This document shows positions 1 to 10,524 of a DNA stretch of 64,000 nucleotides, piece by piece (positions within the stretch are counted from its first letter, which is position 1; the number at the start of each line of letters is the position of its first letter). Below the pieces are notes generated by a model, which worked only from the letters and a program-made list of their open reading frames with translations, did not search any database and had not been told where the DNA came from. The position numbers and the translations under genes were made by a program. This stretch comes from an uncultured Planctomycetota bacterium (GTDB lineage: Bacteria > Planctomycetota > Planctomycetia > Gemmatales > Gemmataceae), in assembly GCA_963849325.1 (NCBI GenBank), contig CAWKHF010000012.1:384001-448000 (forward strand), read 5' to 3'.

Positions 1-224
1 CCTGCACTTCGCCACTATCCTTTGTCGAGAAAGTGCGAAATTCGCCAGTGTCATCCTTCTCGACAGCCGGCACGATCGCTCCAGACGGCGTGGTTTCGCA
101 TCGTCGCCCCGTGAGAGAGAACGGTTGAGTCCTTGAGGTTCGCGGAGCGGCGGGGTAGGATGAAGAAGGACGGGGAAAAATCGATGCCGTCCGGTCGGTC
201 CCCTCACGTCTACGGGAGCCGTGC

Positions 225-971
225 ATGAAGGCCCTTATCAGCGACGTCCACAGCAACCTCGAAGCGCTGCATGCAGTGCTGGCGGACATCGCTAGCCAGT
301 CGGTCGAGGCCATCTACTGCCTGGGCGATGTGGTCGGTTACGGACCCAACCCGCGCGAATGCCTCGATAAGATCATGGCCTGTCCCGTCGTCCTGATGGG
401 CAACCACGATCAGGCCGTCCTCTTCGATCCGATGAACTTCAACCCGGTGGCCGAGCGCGCGACCATGTGGACGCGGTCGCAGCTGGACAAGCCGTTCCCT
501 AATCGCGCGGCGGCGGATAGCCGCTGGGAGTTTCTGTCGGAACGGCCGTTGAAGCACCGCGACGGCGACTTCCTGCTGGTACACGGCTCGCCGCGCAATC
601 CCCTCAACGAGTACATCTTCCCCGAGGACATCTATGCCGAGGCCAAGATGCGCTCCATCTTCTCCCAGGTGCCGCGTTACATGTTCCAGGGACACACGCA
701 CGTTCCCGGCATCTTCACCGAATCGCTGGAGTTTCTCAGCCCCGACGAGATCAATTACGAGTACACGCTCGACGGCCGCAAGACGCTGTGCAACGTCGGC
801 TCGGTCGGTCAGCCGCGCGACGGCGACTGGCGCGCCTGCTACGTCCTGCTCGACAAACAGACGATTCGCTTCCGCCGCGTCGAGTACGACATCGACACTA
901 CCGTCCGCAAGATCCGCGACGTGGACGAGTTGGACGATTTCCTCGCCGAGCGCCTGCGCGGCGGCCGGTAG
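225..971 (+). CDS. Calcineurin-like metallophosphoesterase family protein
   Basis: Motifs SDVHSN, LGDVVGYG, GNHD, HGSP, GHTH and NVGSVGQPRDGD are all present. Confidence 0.9.
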   Translation: MKALISDVHSNLEALHAVLADIASQSVEAIYCLGDVVGYGPNPRECLDKIMACPVVLMGNHDQAVLFDPMNFNPVAERATMWTRSQLDKPFPNRAAADSRWEFLSERPLKHRDGDFLLVHGSPRNPLNEYIFPEDIYAEAKMRSIFSQVPRYMFQGHTHVPGIFTESLEFLSPDEINYEYTLDGRKTLCNVGSVGQPRDGDWRACYVLLDKQTIRFRRVEYDIDTTVRKIRDVDELDDFLAERLRGGR

Positions 972-1012
972 TGGGTTTCTTGACCTCGTGATGGCTTCGC
1001 TAAGGTGTACGC

Positions 1013-1231
1013 ATGAATGCGGAATACTTTCGGCAATTGCTGCATCGTAGCCCTTTTGAACCGTTCGCGGTCCATCTTTCCAGCGGCGAGGTCCATCCGA
1101 TCCGTCATCCCGAGTGCGCCGCACTAACGAACACACGCCTGGTTGTCGTGGACCCGCAGGAGGACCGTATCACCGTTTGCTCCCTGTTGCACATTACCAG
1201 CGTCGAGATGCTTCAGGCGGCGGCGTCCTGA
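1013..1231 (+). CDS. Small hypothetical protein (72 aa)
   Basis: Clean ORF with globular composition (PFEPFAVHLSSGEVHPIRHPE) filling the gap between two genes. Confidence 0.65.
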   Translation: MNAEYFRQLLHRSPFEPFAVHLSSGEVHPIRHPECAALTNTRLVVVDPQEDRITVCSLLHITSVEMLQAAAS

Positions 1232-1482
1232 CTGAGACGGACACCCCGGAATCTGGACAAAAAGCTCCATTTTTCGTCTTGCCAGGACCATCGCGGTTCG
1301 TCAAGATAGCAGAAAGGGAAGGGCGAAGCCCTTCTCGGACGTTCTCTCCCCTACCTGCCCGCCCGCCGGTTCGCCGACCCGGAAACGCTGCCTTGACGCT
1401 TTCCCGCCCCCATGCAACGATGAACGCAGTACACGCCGTCCTCGCTGGTTCGAGATCGCGCCTCGACACAAGAGTTCCTTCC

Positions 1483-2526
1483 ATGGCACGGAATCGCTTC
1501 CGCCGCAACTACTGGCTCCCGTGCGCCGCCCTGCTCATCCTGGCTGGCTGTCAGGAGCAGGAACAGATCCGCTCGTACACGGCGCCGAAAGTATCCATCG
1601 GCGGCTCCGCGGCGGAGGCGGTTCGCCTGTTGGCCGTCATGGTGCCGCGCGAGAAAAACGTCTGGTTCTTCAAGCTCATGGGACCGGAGCAGGCCGTCGG
1701 CGAGCAGGTGAAGACATTCGATCGCTTCCTAGCTTCCGTTCGTTTCACGGACCAGGAGCGCGAGCCGGTCCAGTGGACGGTGCCGGACGGTTGGCGACAA
1801 GTGCCCGGCGCCGGCGAGCGTTACGCCACACTGCGGCGACAGGGCGAGGGTCCGACGCTGGAGATCACCGTCACGCAGTTGCCGCCCGCCGCGAAGGACG
1901 CGCGGACCAACATCGATCGCTGGCGCGGACAGGTCGGACTCGGCCCGATTGGCGGCGATGAGTTGAACAAGCTCATCGACAACGTCAAGGTGGACGGCAT
2001 CGCGGGAACGCGCGTCGATTTCGTCGGTCACACTGGTCCCCGGCGCGGCCAGGCGCCGCTGGCTCGCGGCGGCCGGTCGTTCCGCTTCGCCAAGCCGGAC
2101 GACTGGGAGGAACGACCGCCGGATGAACGCCGCGGCATCGTCCGCGAGGCCGTCTTCCGCATCCGCGACGGCGAGCACTCCGCCGAGGTGTCCGTGGTTC
2201 CCCTCGCTGGTAACGGCGGCGGCCCGTTGGCCAACGTCAACCGCTGGCGCATGCAGGTCGGACTCGACCGCATCGAGAAGGACCAGCTGGCCAAGGATCT
2301 CCGCCAGCTGGAAGGAGTGGCCGGGACGGCGCCGTACATCGATCTGCTCGGCCGTGGTCCAACGGGTCCGCAGCGCGTCCTCGGCGCCTGGCTCGAACAC
2401 GCGGGACGCACCTGGTTCGTCACGATGAAGGGACCGCCCGAACTGGTCGGCAAACAGCAAGCCGCCTTTGAAGCGTTCGTCAAGTCGATCCGCTTCACCG
2501 ACGGCCAAGGAGCTGCCCATGAATAA
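1483..2526 (+). CDS. Putative lipoprotein with internally duplicated domain, upstream of cytochrome c maturation genes
   Basis: ATG at 1483; lipobox LILAGC; repeated motifs NIDRWRGQVGL/NVNRWRMQVGL and WFFKLMGP/WFVTMKGP; overlaps the next start. Confidence 0.8.
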   Translation: MARNRFRRNYWLPCAALLILAGCQEQEQIRSYTAPKVSIGGSAAEAVRLLAVMVPREKNVWFFKLMGPEQAVGEQVKTFDRFLASVRFTDQEREPVQWTVPDGWRQVPGAGERYATLRRQGEGPTLEITVTQLPPAAKDARTNIDRWRGQVGLGPIGGDELNKLIDNVKVDGIAGTRVDFVGHTGPRRGQAPLARGGRSFRFAKPDDWEERPPDERRGIVREAVFRIRDGEHSAEVSVVPLAGNGGGPLANVNRWRMQVGLDRIEKDQLAKDLRQLEGVAGTAPYIDLLGRGPTGPQRVLGAWLEHAGRTWFVTMKGPPELVGKQQAAFEAFVKSIRFTDGQGAAHE

Positions 2527-3811
2527 AACGTCCATACAAATCCGGGCCACGCCGCCCGCCGCCGGCCCGACCCTCGCGCCGGCGCGGTCCGTCGATCGTC
2601 TGGCACCCCTCAAGAAGGCGCTCAAACCGCTGGCCTCGCTGCGGCTGACCGTCGTTCTGTTCGCGCTGTCGATGTTCCTCGTCTTCTGCGGCACGCTGGC
2701 GCAGATGGACAACGGCTTGTGGGCCATCCTCAGCGGTTACTTTCGGGCGTTTCTCGCCTGGATCCCGTTCCAGGCGTTCGTGCGCTTCGGCCAGGTCTTT
2801 TTTGGTTTCCCCAAAACGTGGTACGTACCGGGCAGTTTCCCCTATCCCGGCGGCTACATCCTCGGCGGAGCGCTGCTGCTCAACCTGATTGCCGCCCACC
2901 TCGTTCGCTTCCGCCTCTCCTGGAAGCGCTCCGGCATCCTGCTGACCCACAGCGGGATCATCCTGCTGCTCCTCGGCGAACTGGTCACGGGACTATTCGC
3001 CGTCGAGGGCACCATGACCATCGAGACCGGCGACGCCTGCAACTTCGTCGAGCACGGCGACAAGGTCGAGTTGGCCGTCATCGATTCCAGCGATCCCTGG
3101 GGCGACCATGTCGTGGTCGTGCCCGGTTCGTTCCTCCAAAAGGGCGGGCTGATCCAGAATGAACAGTTGCCGTTCGACGTCGAAGTGGTCCGCTGGATGG
3201 TCAACTCGTCGGAGCCGCGCGACCTCAAGCCGGGCGAGGAGACGCCGGCGACGCGGGGCGCCGGCCTGGAGTCGATCGTCACGCCGGAGAAGCCGGGCGC
3301 CGGCACCGACTCGGAACAGCGCCGCGACGCCGCCGCCGCCTACGTCGCCTTCAAGAACAAGGACAATGGCGAATCACTGGGGACGTATCTCGTCTCGGTG
3401 TGGTGGCCGACGCTGGAGCAGCCGGTCAAGCTCGACGGCAAGGAATACAAGGTCGCTCTTCGCTTCCAGCGCGAGTACAAGCCGTACACGCTCGCCCTGG
3501 AGGAGTTCCACCACGACCTCTACCCCGGCACCAACACGCCGAAGAACTTCTCCAGCAAGGTCCACCTGATCGACCCCGAGCAGAAGGAGGACCGCGAGGT
3601 GTTGATCTACATGAACAACCCGCTGCGCTACGCCGGATCGACGTTCTACCAGTCGAGCTACCTGCGCGGCGACAAGGGCACCGTTTTGCAAGTCGTCACC
3701 AACCCCGGTTGGCTGATGCCTTACATCTCCTGCACGCTGGTATGCCTGGGCATGGTCATTCATTTCGGCATTCACCTGCTGAGCTTCTTGCAGCGGAGGG
3801 CGGCGGTATGA
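2519..3811 (+). CDS. Cytochrome c biogenesis protein, ResB/CcsB-like
   Basis: N-terminal LASLRLTVVL...GTLAQ, conserved H in LTHSG, C-terminal IYMNNPLRYAGSTFYQSS followed by a TM helix; adjacent to ccsA. Confidence 0.85.
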   Translation: MNKTSIQIRATPPAAGPTLAPARSVDRLAPLKKALKPLASLRLTVVLFALSMFLVFCGTLAQMDNGLWAILSGYFRAFLAWIPFQAFVRFGQVFFGFPKTWYVPGSFPYPGGYILGGALLLNLIAAHLVRFRLSWKRSGILLTHSGIILLLLGELVTGLFAVEGTMTIETGDACNFVEHGDKVELAVIDSSDPWGDHVVVVPGSFLQKGGLIQNEQLPFDVEVVRWMVNSSEPRDLKPGEETPATRGAGLESIVTPEKPGAGTDSEQRRDAAAAYVAFKNKDNGESLGTYLVSVWWPTLEQPVKLDGKEYKVALRFQREYKPYTLALEEFHHDLYPGTNTPKNFSSKVHLIDPEQKEDREVLIYMNNPLRYAGSTFYQSSYLRGDKGTVLQVVTNPGWLMPYISCTLVCLGMVIHFGIHLLSFLQRRAAV

Positions 3812-5608
3812 AGGAGTTCCACTTCGCCAAGGTGTTTCCCTGGATGGTGGTCGGCACGGCCGGCCTCTTCCTGGTCTTCACCATGATCCCGCCCGGACCC
3901 GGAGCGGGCAAAATGGACCTGGAGGAGTTCGGCGGCATCCCCGTGGTGGACGGCGGCCGCGTCAAACCGCTGGACACGGTTGCCCGCACCACCCTGATGA
4001 TTCTCAGCAACCGGCAGACCTACCGCGACGACAAGGACCAGTCCCAGCCGGCCATCCAGTGGCTGTTGCAGGTCATGACCAGCCCGGACACCTCGACGCG
4101 GCAGAAGGTCTTCCGCATCGAGAACGATCAAGTGCTGGCCCTGCTCGGCCTCAAGCCGCGCGAAGGGCTGCGCTATGCCATCGATGAATTCATCGGCAAG
4201 ATCGACGTGATCCGCGACAAGGCCATCGCCGCCCAGAAGGTCAAGCCCGACCGCCGCGACCTCTTCCAGGACAAGATCATCGAGTTGGCCAAGCACCTGG
4301 AGCTGTATAGCGAGTTAGCCCGTCTGGAAAGTCCGCTGATGGTGCCGCCGCAACAGAAGGGCGACCAATGGCAGTCGCTGTTGCAGGCGATGGTCGAACG
4401 TCGCAGGAACGGCGCGGACAACCCCGCCACGATGTCGCTGGCCGCTCTGCTGCACTCGTACAGCCACGGCGACGCCAAGATGTTCAACGAGACGCTCGCC
4501 GACTACCGCAAGCAGATCGACAAGCAGCTCCCGGCCGAGAGCCGGCGAACCGACTTTGAAGTGTTCTTCAACCACTTCGCCCCGTTCTATCAGTGTACGC
4601 TCTTGTACGTGCTGGTCTTTCTGCTGGCCTGCGTATCGTGGTTCGGCTGGTCCGAGCCGCTGAACCGTTCGGCGTTCTGGCTGGCGGTGCTGACGCTGGT
4701 GGTCCACACCTGGGCGCTGCTGTCGCGCATGTACCTGATGGACCGCTGGTTCGTGTTCGTGACGAACCTGTATTCGTCGGCGGTGTTCATCGGCTGGGGC
4801 TGCGTGGTACTTGGCTTGGTCCTGGAATGGCTCTTTCACCGGGGCATCGGCAACGTCGCGGCGGCCGTCCTGGGAGGCGCTGACCCTGCTGATCGCCCAC
4901 CACCTCGGCGGCAGCGGCGACACGCTGGAGATGATGCAGGCGGTGCTGGACACGAATTTCTGGCTGGCGACGCACGTCACCTGCGTGACGATGGGCTACA
5001 CGGCGACGTTCGTGGCCGGAACGCTCGGGATCCTCTACATCCTTTGCGGTGTCTTGTCTCCCGCCCTGGATCGTTCGCTGGCCAAGGTGTTGGCGACCGC
5101 GCTGTACGCCGTCGTCTGCTTCGCCACGCTGTTGAGCTTCACCGGCACGGTGCTGGGCGGCATCTGGGCCGATCAGTCGTGGGGCCGCTTCTGGGGCTGG
5201 GATCCCAAGGAGAACGGCGCCATGCTGATCGTCATCTGGAACGCCCTGATCCTGCACGCGCGCTGGGGCGGAATGGTCAAGCCGCGCGGCATGGCGGTGC
5301 TGGCCGTCATCGGCAACATGGTCACGGGTTGGTCGTGGTTCGGCACCAATCAGTTGCAGGTCGGTCTGCACTCCTACGGCTTCAGCAACACGCTGGCGGT
5401 CGGCCTCGTCATCGGCTGGGCGCTGCACGCCGGCGTGCTCGTCATGGGCCTGCTGCCGCTGCGCTGGTGGGGCAGTTATCAAGCGCTGACGGCTCCCGTG
5501 CGTCCGATCGAAGCCACGCCGCCGCGTCCCGAGCCGTCCTTTGGCAAGCGCCGCGCCAAGCGTGCCGCGAAGTCGGGCGATCCCGGCTTCTTCGCGGGAC
5601 CGGCGTAA
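3808..5608 (+). CDS. ccsA: Cytochrome c biogenesis protein CcsA (one frameshift near 4875)
   Basis: WWD-type motif WADQSWGRFWGWDPKEN, LDTNFWLATHV and GLHSYGF; reconstructed from ORFs 3400..5685 and 4811..5608. Confidence 0.88.
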
Positions 5609-5633
5609 TACACGTTTCCGGTGATAGTATCTT

Positions 5634-5687
5634 GTTTAGCCGCGACGCGCAGCGGAGCGCGCGCTCCGCTGCGCGTCGCGGCTAAAC
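5634..5687. repeat. REP-like palindrome, family A (GCCGCGACGCGCAGCGGAG...CTCCGCTGCGCGTCGCGGC)
   Basis: Inverted repeat; seven copies of this family occur in the window. Confidence 0.9.
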
Positions 5688-6451
5688 GAGACACCATCCC
5701 GGGGACGGGTATCCGAGCGATCGGCTTCCACACACAGATCCCGGTAACATTGCACCACCTCGGCCGACGCTCCGGCTTCACCGAGTTCGTCCATCGTCAC
5801 GCGATGGTGGACCAGCGACGGCTTGATCCGAGCACAGGCCCGTTCCAGGCGCGAGGCCGCCGTCGGGATGCGGAACGATTCCAGCACGCGCCGCAGTTCC
5901 GCGCAGGGGTCGAGGAAGTAACTTTCATAGTGGGTGACGATTCGTTCCTCGGGCGGCGCCGCGGCCAGCGCGCTTCGGTTGTAAGTCAGCCAGAGATCGA
6001 ACGACTCGGCGAAGGACATGCCGTCGCGTGCGCACAGCGATTCCGCCACGGCCAGAGGATTGCGGACGCAGATCAGCACCTTGGTCTGAGGCAGGACGCT
6101 TCGCCACAACGGCAGAGTGAGGCAGTTGCGCGGGTCTTTCCAACCCCACGGCTCGCGTCTCCGGAACCTCCGGGCCAGCTTCGCCGCCTGATTGCGAAAA
6201 CGACGAACGCGCCGCTCGTCCTCCCAGATGGCCGGGCCGAGAAGGGGAGGACGGTCCCAACTTCCGCCCAGCTCCTTCAGGAACGAGTCGTTCACTCGCA
6301 GGAACGAGCGATTTTCCCAGAACCCGTCCGGGTTACTCGGGGCGGGAGGCAGCAGGTCGTTCTCCGAACCGAGGTCGAGACCGCAACCCTGAAGGAGACC
6401 GGCGATCATGGAAGTGCCCGAGCGATGCATCCCGGCGAGACACAGTGGCAT
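5636..6451 (-). CDS. Sulfotransferase family protein
   Basis: PAPS-binding-type GMHRSGTS, NPDGFWE, WGWKDPR, RNPLAVAESL; the C-terminus reads into a REP-like element. Confidence 0.85.
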   Translation of the reverse strand: MPLCLAGMHRSGTSMIAGLLQGCGLDLGSENDLLPPAPSNPDGFWENRSFLRVNDSFLKELGGSWDRPPLLGPAIWEDERRVRRFRNQAAKLARRFRRREPWGWKDPRNCLTLPLWRSVLPQTKVLICVRNPLAVAESLCARDGMSFAESFDLWLTYNRSALAAAPPEERIVTHYESYFLDPCAELRRVLESFRIPTAASRLERACARIKPSLVHHRVTMDELGEAGASAEVVQCYRDLCVEADRSDTRPRDGVSFSRDAQRSARSAARRG

Positions 6452-6583
6452 GGGGGACCTCGGGCGACGGCGCGGCGAATAACGGAGGGAGTGATAACAT
6501 GATGTCGGCCCCGAGGTCAACCAGAAGCGAAGGACTTAATGAGAGTTACAGCGATTGCTTCATGAGAAGAGGATGAGAAGGAG

Positions 6584-7726
6584 TCACCGCTTCGGTTCGG
6601 CCGCATCGACCGTCACGCCCAGGCCCGGTCCCTCCGGCACAAACAAGCGATCCGCCTCGTAGCGGAGCGGTTGACGCGACAAGGTTTGCTCGAAGTACAC
6701 CGGCCCGATGAGATCGCCCGGGAAGCGCTCGCAGCACACGTTGGGCGTGGCGACGGCGACGTGGGCCATGGCTGCCGTCGCTACCTCGCGTTCGAGGTTG
6801 CTGCCGATCGTGCAGGGCAGGCCGGCCGCCTCGGCGAGACGAGCGATGGCCTGCGTCGCGCGGATGCCGCCGTGCTTGCCCGGATACAGGCTGAGCACGT
6901 CCGCCGCTCCGGCGCGGATCACTTCCAGGGCGTCGCGCAGCGTGAACACGCTCTCGTCGGCCATGATCGGCACGCCGCTGCGCCGCCGCACCTCGGCCAT
7001 GGCGACGTGATCGCCGCGCCGCGTCGGCTGCTCGAACAGCGCCACGTCCAGCTTCTCGAAGCGACGCGCCGCCCAGATCGCCTGATCGACCGTGTAGCCG
7101 CCGTTGGCGTCCACCGAGAGAAGCACGTCCGGGCCGATGGCCTCGCGCACCGCTCGCAGCCGCTCGACGTCCACGCGTGGATGTTCGTGCCGGCCGACTT
7201 TCACCTTGATCGCGCGCCAGCCTTGATCGACCATCCGCCGGGCGCGCTCGGCCGCCAGGTCCGGCTCGACGGCGCCGACGACGAACTTCAGGCGAATGCC
7301 GAGATCGCCGCCCGGAGACGGCGCGTCGCGGCCGCCGAGCAGTTTGTATACCGGCACGCCGAGGGTCTGCCCTTGCAGGTCGAGCAGGGCCATCTCAACC
7401 GCCGCCCGAGCGAAGCTGTTGCCGAACGCCGCTCGCTCCATCCGCCGCTCGATCCACTCCGTGTCGAAGGGGTCGGCGCCGATCACCAGCGGCGCGAGCA
7501 CCTCGCGGACCAGGGCGATCGTCCCGGCCTGCGTCTCGCCGCTCCATACGCTGGTGACACTTGCCTCGCCGAGTCCGACGCGGCCCTCCTCGTCGGCGAT
7601 GCGCACCAGCACGTATTGACCGACGACGTGGGAGCCGAGGGAGCTGACGATGGCGATGTCCGGGCGGATGTGACCGAAGATCGGCTCGGCGGAAACGGAG
7701 ATGATCGACATGTCGAGTTCGCTCAC
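6584..7726 (-). CDS. Mandelate racemase/muconate lactonizing enzyme (enolase superfamily)
   Basis: KVKVG, VDANG, FEQP, ADES and GPGLG motifs. Confidence 0.9.
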   Translation of the reverse strand: MSELDMSIISVSAEPIFGHIRPDIAIVSSLGSHVVGQYVLVRIADEEGRVGLGEASVTSVWSGETQAGTIALVREVLAPLVIGADPFDTEWIERRMERAAFGNSFARAAVEMALLDLQGQTLGVPVYKLLGGRDAPSPGGDLGIRLKFVVGAVEPDLAAERARRMVDQGWRAIKVKVGRHEHPRVDVERLRAVREAIGPDVLLSVDANGGYTVDQAIWAARRFEKLDVALFEQPTRRGDHVAMAEVRRRSGVPIMADESVFTLRDALEVIRAGAADVLSLYPGKHGGIRATQAIARLAEAAGLPCTIGSNLEREVATAAMAHVAVATPNVCCERFPGDLIGPVYFEQTLSRQPLRYEADRLFVPEGPGLGVTVDAAEPKR

Positions 7727-7732
7727 CGTGTT

Positions 7733-7792
7733 TCCGAGCCGCGAGCGTCAGCGAGCGGTGGATGGCCCGCTCGCTGACGCTCGCGGCTCGGA
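7733..7792. repeat. REP-like palindrome (TCCGAGCCGCGAGCGTCAGCGAGCGG...CCGCTCGCTGACGCTCGCGGCTCGGA)
   Basis: Intergenic inverted repeat with 26-bp arms. Confidence 0.85.
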
Positions 7793-7809
7793 CAGATCGC
7801 CCTGTGGGT

Positions 7810-9298
7810 CTACGGCGAGAAGCGCCATCCCAGCGCGCGCCCAGGATGAGATAGCCGCCGTGCAGGGCGAAGATGGCCGCCATCAGCGTCAGCAGCAGTC
7901 GCGTGGTTTGCAGGATGCGCGACGCGCTCTGGGCACAGACCGGCAGCGCCGCGTGCTGACGTCGTCGATGCTGTCGCCGAGGTTGGTCAGCGCCCTCTCC
8001 TGATCGTCCAACTCCATCTGCAACTGTTCGGTCAGCAGGGGTAGCGCCGACGAAATAGTTCGACTCAACGTAAGGGTGTGTTGCAGCGACGCCTCGTATT
8101 CGGCGCGATGCGTCAGCACGTGCTTGAGCTGCCCCTGGGTATTCCGCAGAAGAATGGAGGATCGGCCCAGGTTCTTGCGCAGTTCCGGCCAGCGCTGCAT
8201 CGCGGACTCGACGCCCTTCTGCGTCTGCCGCAGCAAGGCGCCGACTTCCTTCAGCCGTCCCGTGTCGCGCAGGATTTTCGACAGGGAGGACGCCAGGCGC
8301 GGCAGTTCGTCGGCCAGACGGGCGGCGTGCTCCGGCACGTTCTTCAACAGCGCCTCGACCTTGTCCTGTTGCTTGAGGGCCGTGGCCAGCGCCTCGCGCG
8401 TGGTGGTAGCGGCCTTGCGGCTTTCCTCCAGCGATTGCCGCAGCTTGGGCAAGTCCTTGGACAACAGTTCCATCTCCTCGGCCGCCGCCGTCGCTCCCTT
8501 GGCCGCCTTGCGCATGCCGTCGGCGATCTTACCGCCTTCCGGCCAGAACATCCGCTGCTCGACGGACGGCTTGAGGCCGTTGAACGTCACCACCGGGTAC
8601 GAGTAGCCGGACAGTCGCTCCACCTGCTCGGCGCCGGTGCTCAGCGAATCCTCCAGTCCCTTGAAGCCGTCGTGCATCGTATCGATGCGTTCCAACTTGA
8701 GCAGGCGGTGCATCCGCTCCAGCCCCTGGTCGAACTGGACCAGGCTGTCGTGGATGTCGCGCGCCGCCTTCAAGTCGGGCGGCGCCGCGCGCAGCAGGGC
8801 GCTGAGCCGCTGGGCGTCGGTGCGCAGGTCGGCGCTCGTCTTGTCCAGCTCGCCGGCGGCCTTGTCGGCGGCCGGTCCCACCTGGTTTTCGAGAAAGTCC
8901 GCCGCTACTTTCAGCCCCTGGCCGAACTGTTGCACTCCCTTGGGGTCCATCGTGTCGGACAGACCGTCCAGGCCGTTGGCCACGTCTCCCAGCGCCTCGC
9001 TCAGCGTGCGCACGGTGGTGTAATCGATCTGTTGCGTCTTCAATTGATCGTTGACGAAGTGCATTTCCGTCTGCAAGCGCTGGGCCAACTCTTGCACCTG
9101 GGGCCGGCGTTCGCGCAAAGTGCGAAGCTGATCGCGGAGCCGCTGAACTTGTCCGCTCGTCTGCTGCGTGACGCGCTCGGCCCGGCTCATGGTGTCCTCG
9201 ACCTCGCCGGAACCGGGCAGTTGGAAGGCGAAGTACACCAGGACGCCGGCCGACAGCACTTCCAGCACTCCCAGCAACAGAAAGACGATACGGCGCAT
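7810..9298 (-). CDS. Membrane-anchored long helical/coiled-coil protein (frameshifted near 3' end)
   Basis: N-terminal TM, about 430 aa of heptad-rich helix, and a C-terminal hydrophobic segment (LMAAIFALHGGYLILG) in another frame; the end is inferred. Confidence 0.7.
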
Positions 9299-9336
9299 GA
9301 CAGACGCCCCCGGAAAGAAAGAATGCCCCTACTACA

Positions 9337-9395
9337 AGCCCGGAGCGCAAGCGACGGGTGATGCGAACCCGAACCCGTCGCTTGCGCTCCGGGCT
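9337..9395. repeat. REP-like palindrome, family B (AGCCCGGAGCGCAAGCGACGGG...CCCGTCGCTTGCGCTCCGGGCT)
   Basis: Inverted repeat; further copies at 26530 and 61482, variant at 59797. Confidence 0.9.
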
Positions 9396-9469
9396 GGTGG
9401 GTTATTCGCTCCCATTTCTATTCTACCCGCGAAACGTCGGGTAAGAGTGTGTTCCGCCGGCGATGTCAA

Positions 9470-9498
9470 TTGTTTCACGGCGGAGGCAGTTGTATTAT
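9470..9498 (+). promoter_or_regulatory. Putative sigma70 promoter for signalling cluster
   Basis: TTGTTT-17 nt-TATTAT ending 33 nt upstream of ATG 9532. Confidence 0.4.
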
Positions 9499-9531
9499 TG
9501 AAAACGAGCAGCGACCTCGCGGGAGTGAGTT

Positions 9532-10472
9532 ATGGCCCTCGTCAGCCGCATTTACTTCAACGCCGTCTTCGGGGCGCTGGGCGGGCTGCTCGGCTGGATG
9601 CTGTTCGGCGTCTTCGGCGACAAGAACGCTCCCGATTCGGCCGTCACCCGTCAGCTGCTCCTGGGCGGCGCCCTCATCGGCGGCGCCATCGGCTATTTCG
9701 TCGTCAGCGTCGAGGCCATCCGCGACCGCTCCCTGCTCCGCTTCGTGCGCCTGGCCTCCTACGGCGTCGTCCTCGGTCTGCTGGGCGGCGCCGTCGGCAT
9801 CCTCATCGGCGACTGGGTCAATTACCGCCTGGTCGGTCGAATCGGCGCCAGCCGGCAGGGCGACGTTCTGGACACTTGCTGGCCACCATGTTCGCGCGCG
9901 GCCTGGGCTGGATGTTCCTGGGCGTGGCGGTCGGCGTCAGCGAGGGCATCGCCGCGCGGTCGCTGGGCAAGTTCAGCTATGGCACACTCGGCGGCGCCCT
10001 CGGCGGCTTCGTCGGCGGCATGTTGTTCGGACTGGCCCTGGAGAAGGCCAACGCCAGCGGCGGGCACGCTTCCCTGTGGGGCGCCGTCGGCCTGATCATC
10101 CTCGGCGCCTGCATCGGCTCGCTGTCGGCCCTGGTGCAGGGCGTCTTTCAGCCGGCCTCGGTCAAGGTGCTGCGCGGCTGGCAGGAGGGCCGCGAGTATC
10201 CCCTGACAAGACCGACAACCTGCTCGGCCGCGACGAGCACGCCGACATCGCCCTGTTCCGCGACATGAAGGTCGAGAAGAACCACGCTATCATTCAGCGC
10301 GAGGGGCAGCGCTATTTGCTGCGTGAACAACAACGCGCCGCCGGAGTGCACGCGCGTCAACGACAAGGCCGTCTTGCAATGCTGCGACCTGCACGACGGC
10401 GACCGCATCCAGCTGGGCAACGTCCTCCTGCGCTTCCAGATGCGGGCGGCCCAGCAACGACGAAGAAAATGA
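9532..10472 (+). CDS. Gly-rich multi-pass membrane protein with C-terminal FHA domain (frameshifted)
   Basis: About 6-7 GxxxG-rich TM segments, then LLGRDEHADIAL...HAII...LHDGDRIQLG across three to four frames. Confidence 0.8.
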
Positions 10473-10524
10473 GGATGGCAGCGAGGGGAATTCCGATCGC
10501 TCCATCCTGCCCTTGAGAGAGTGT

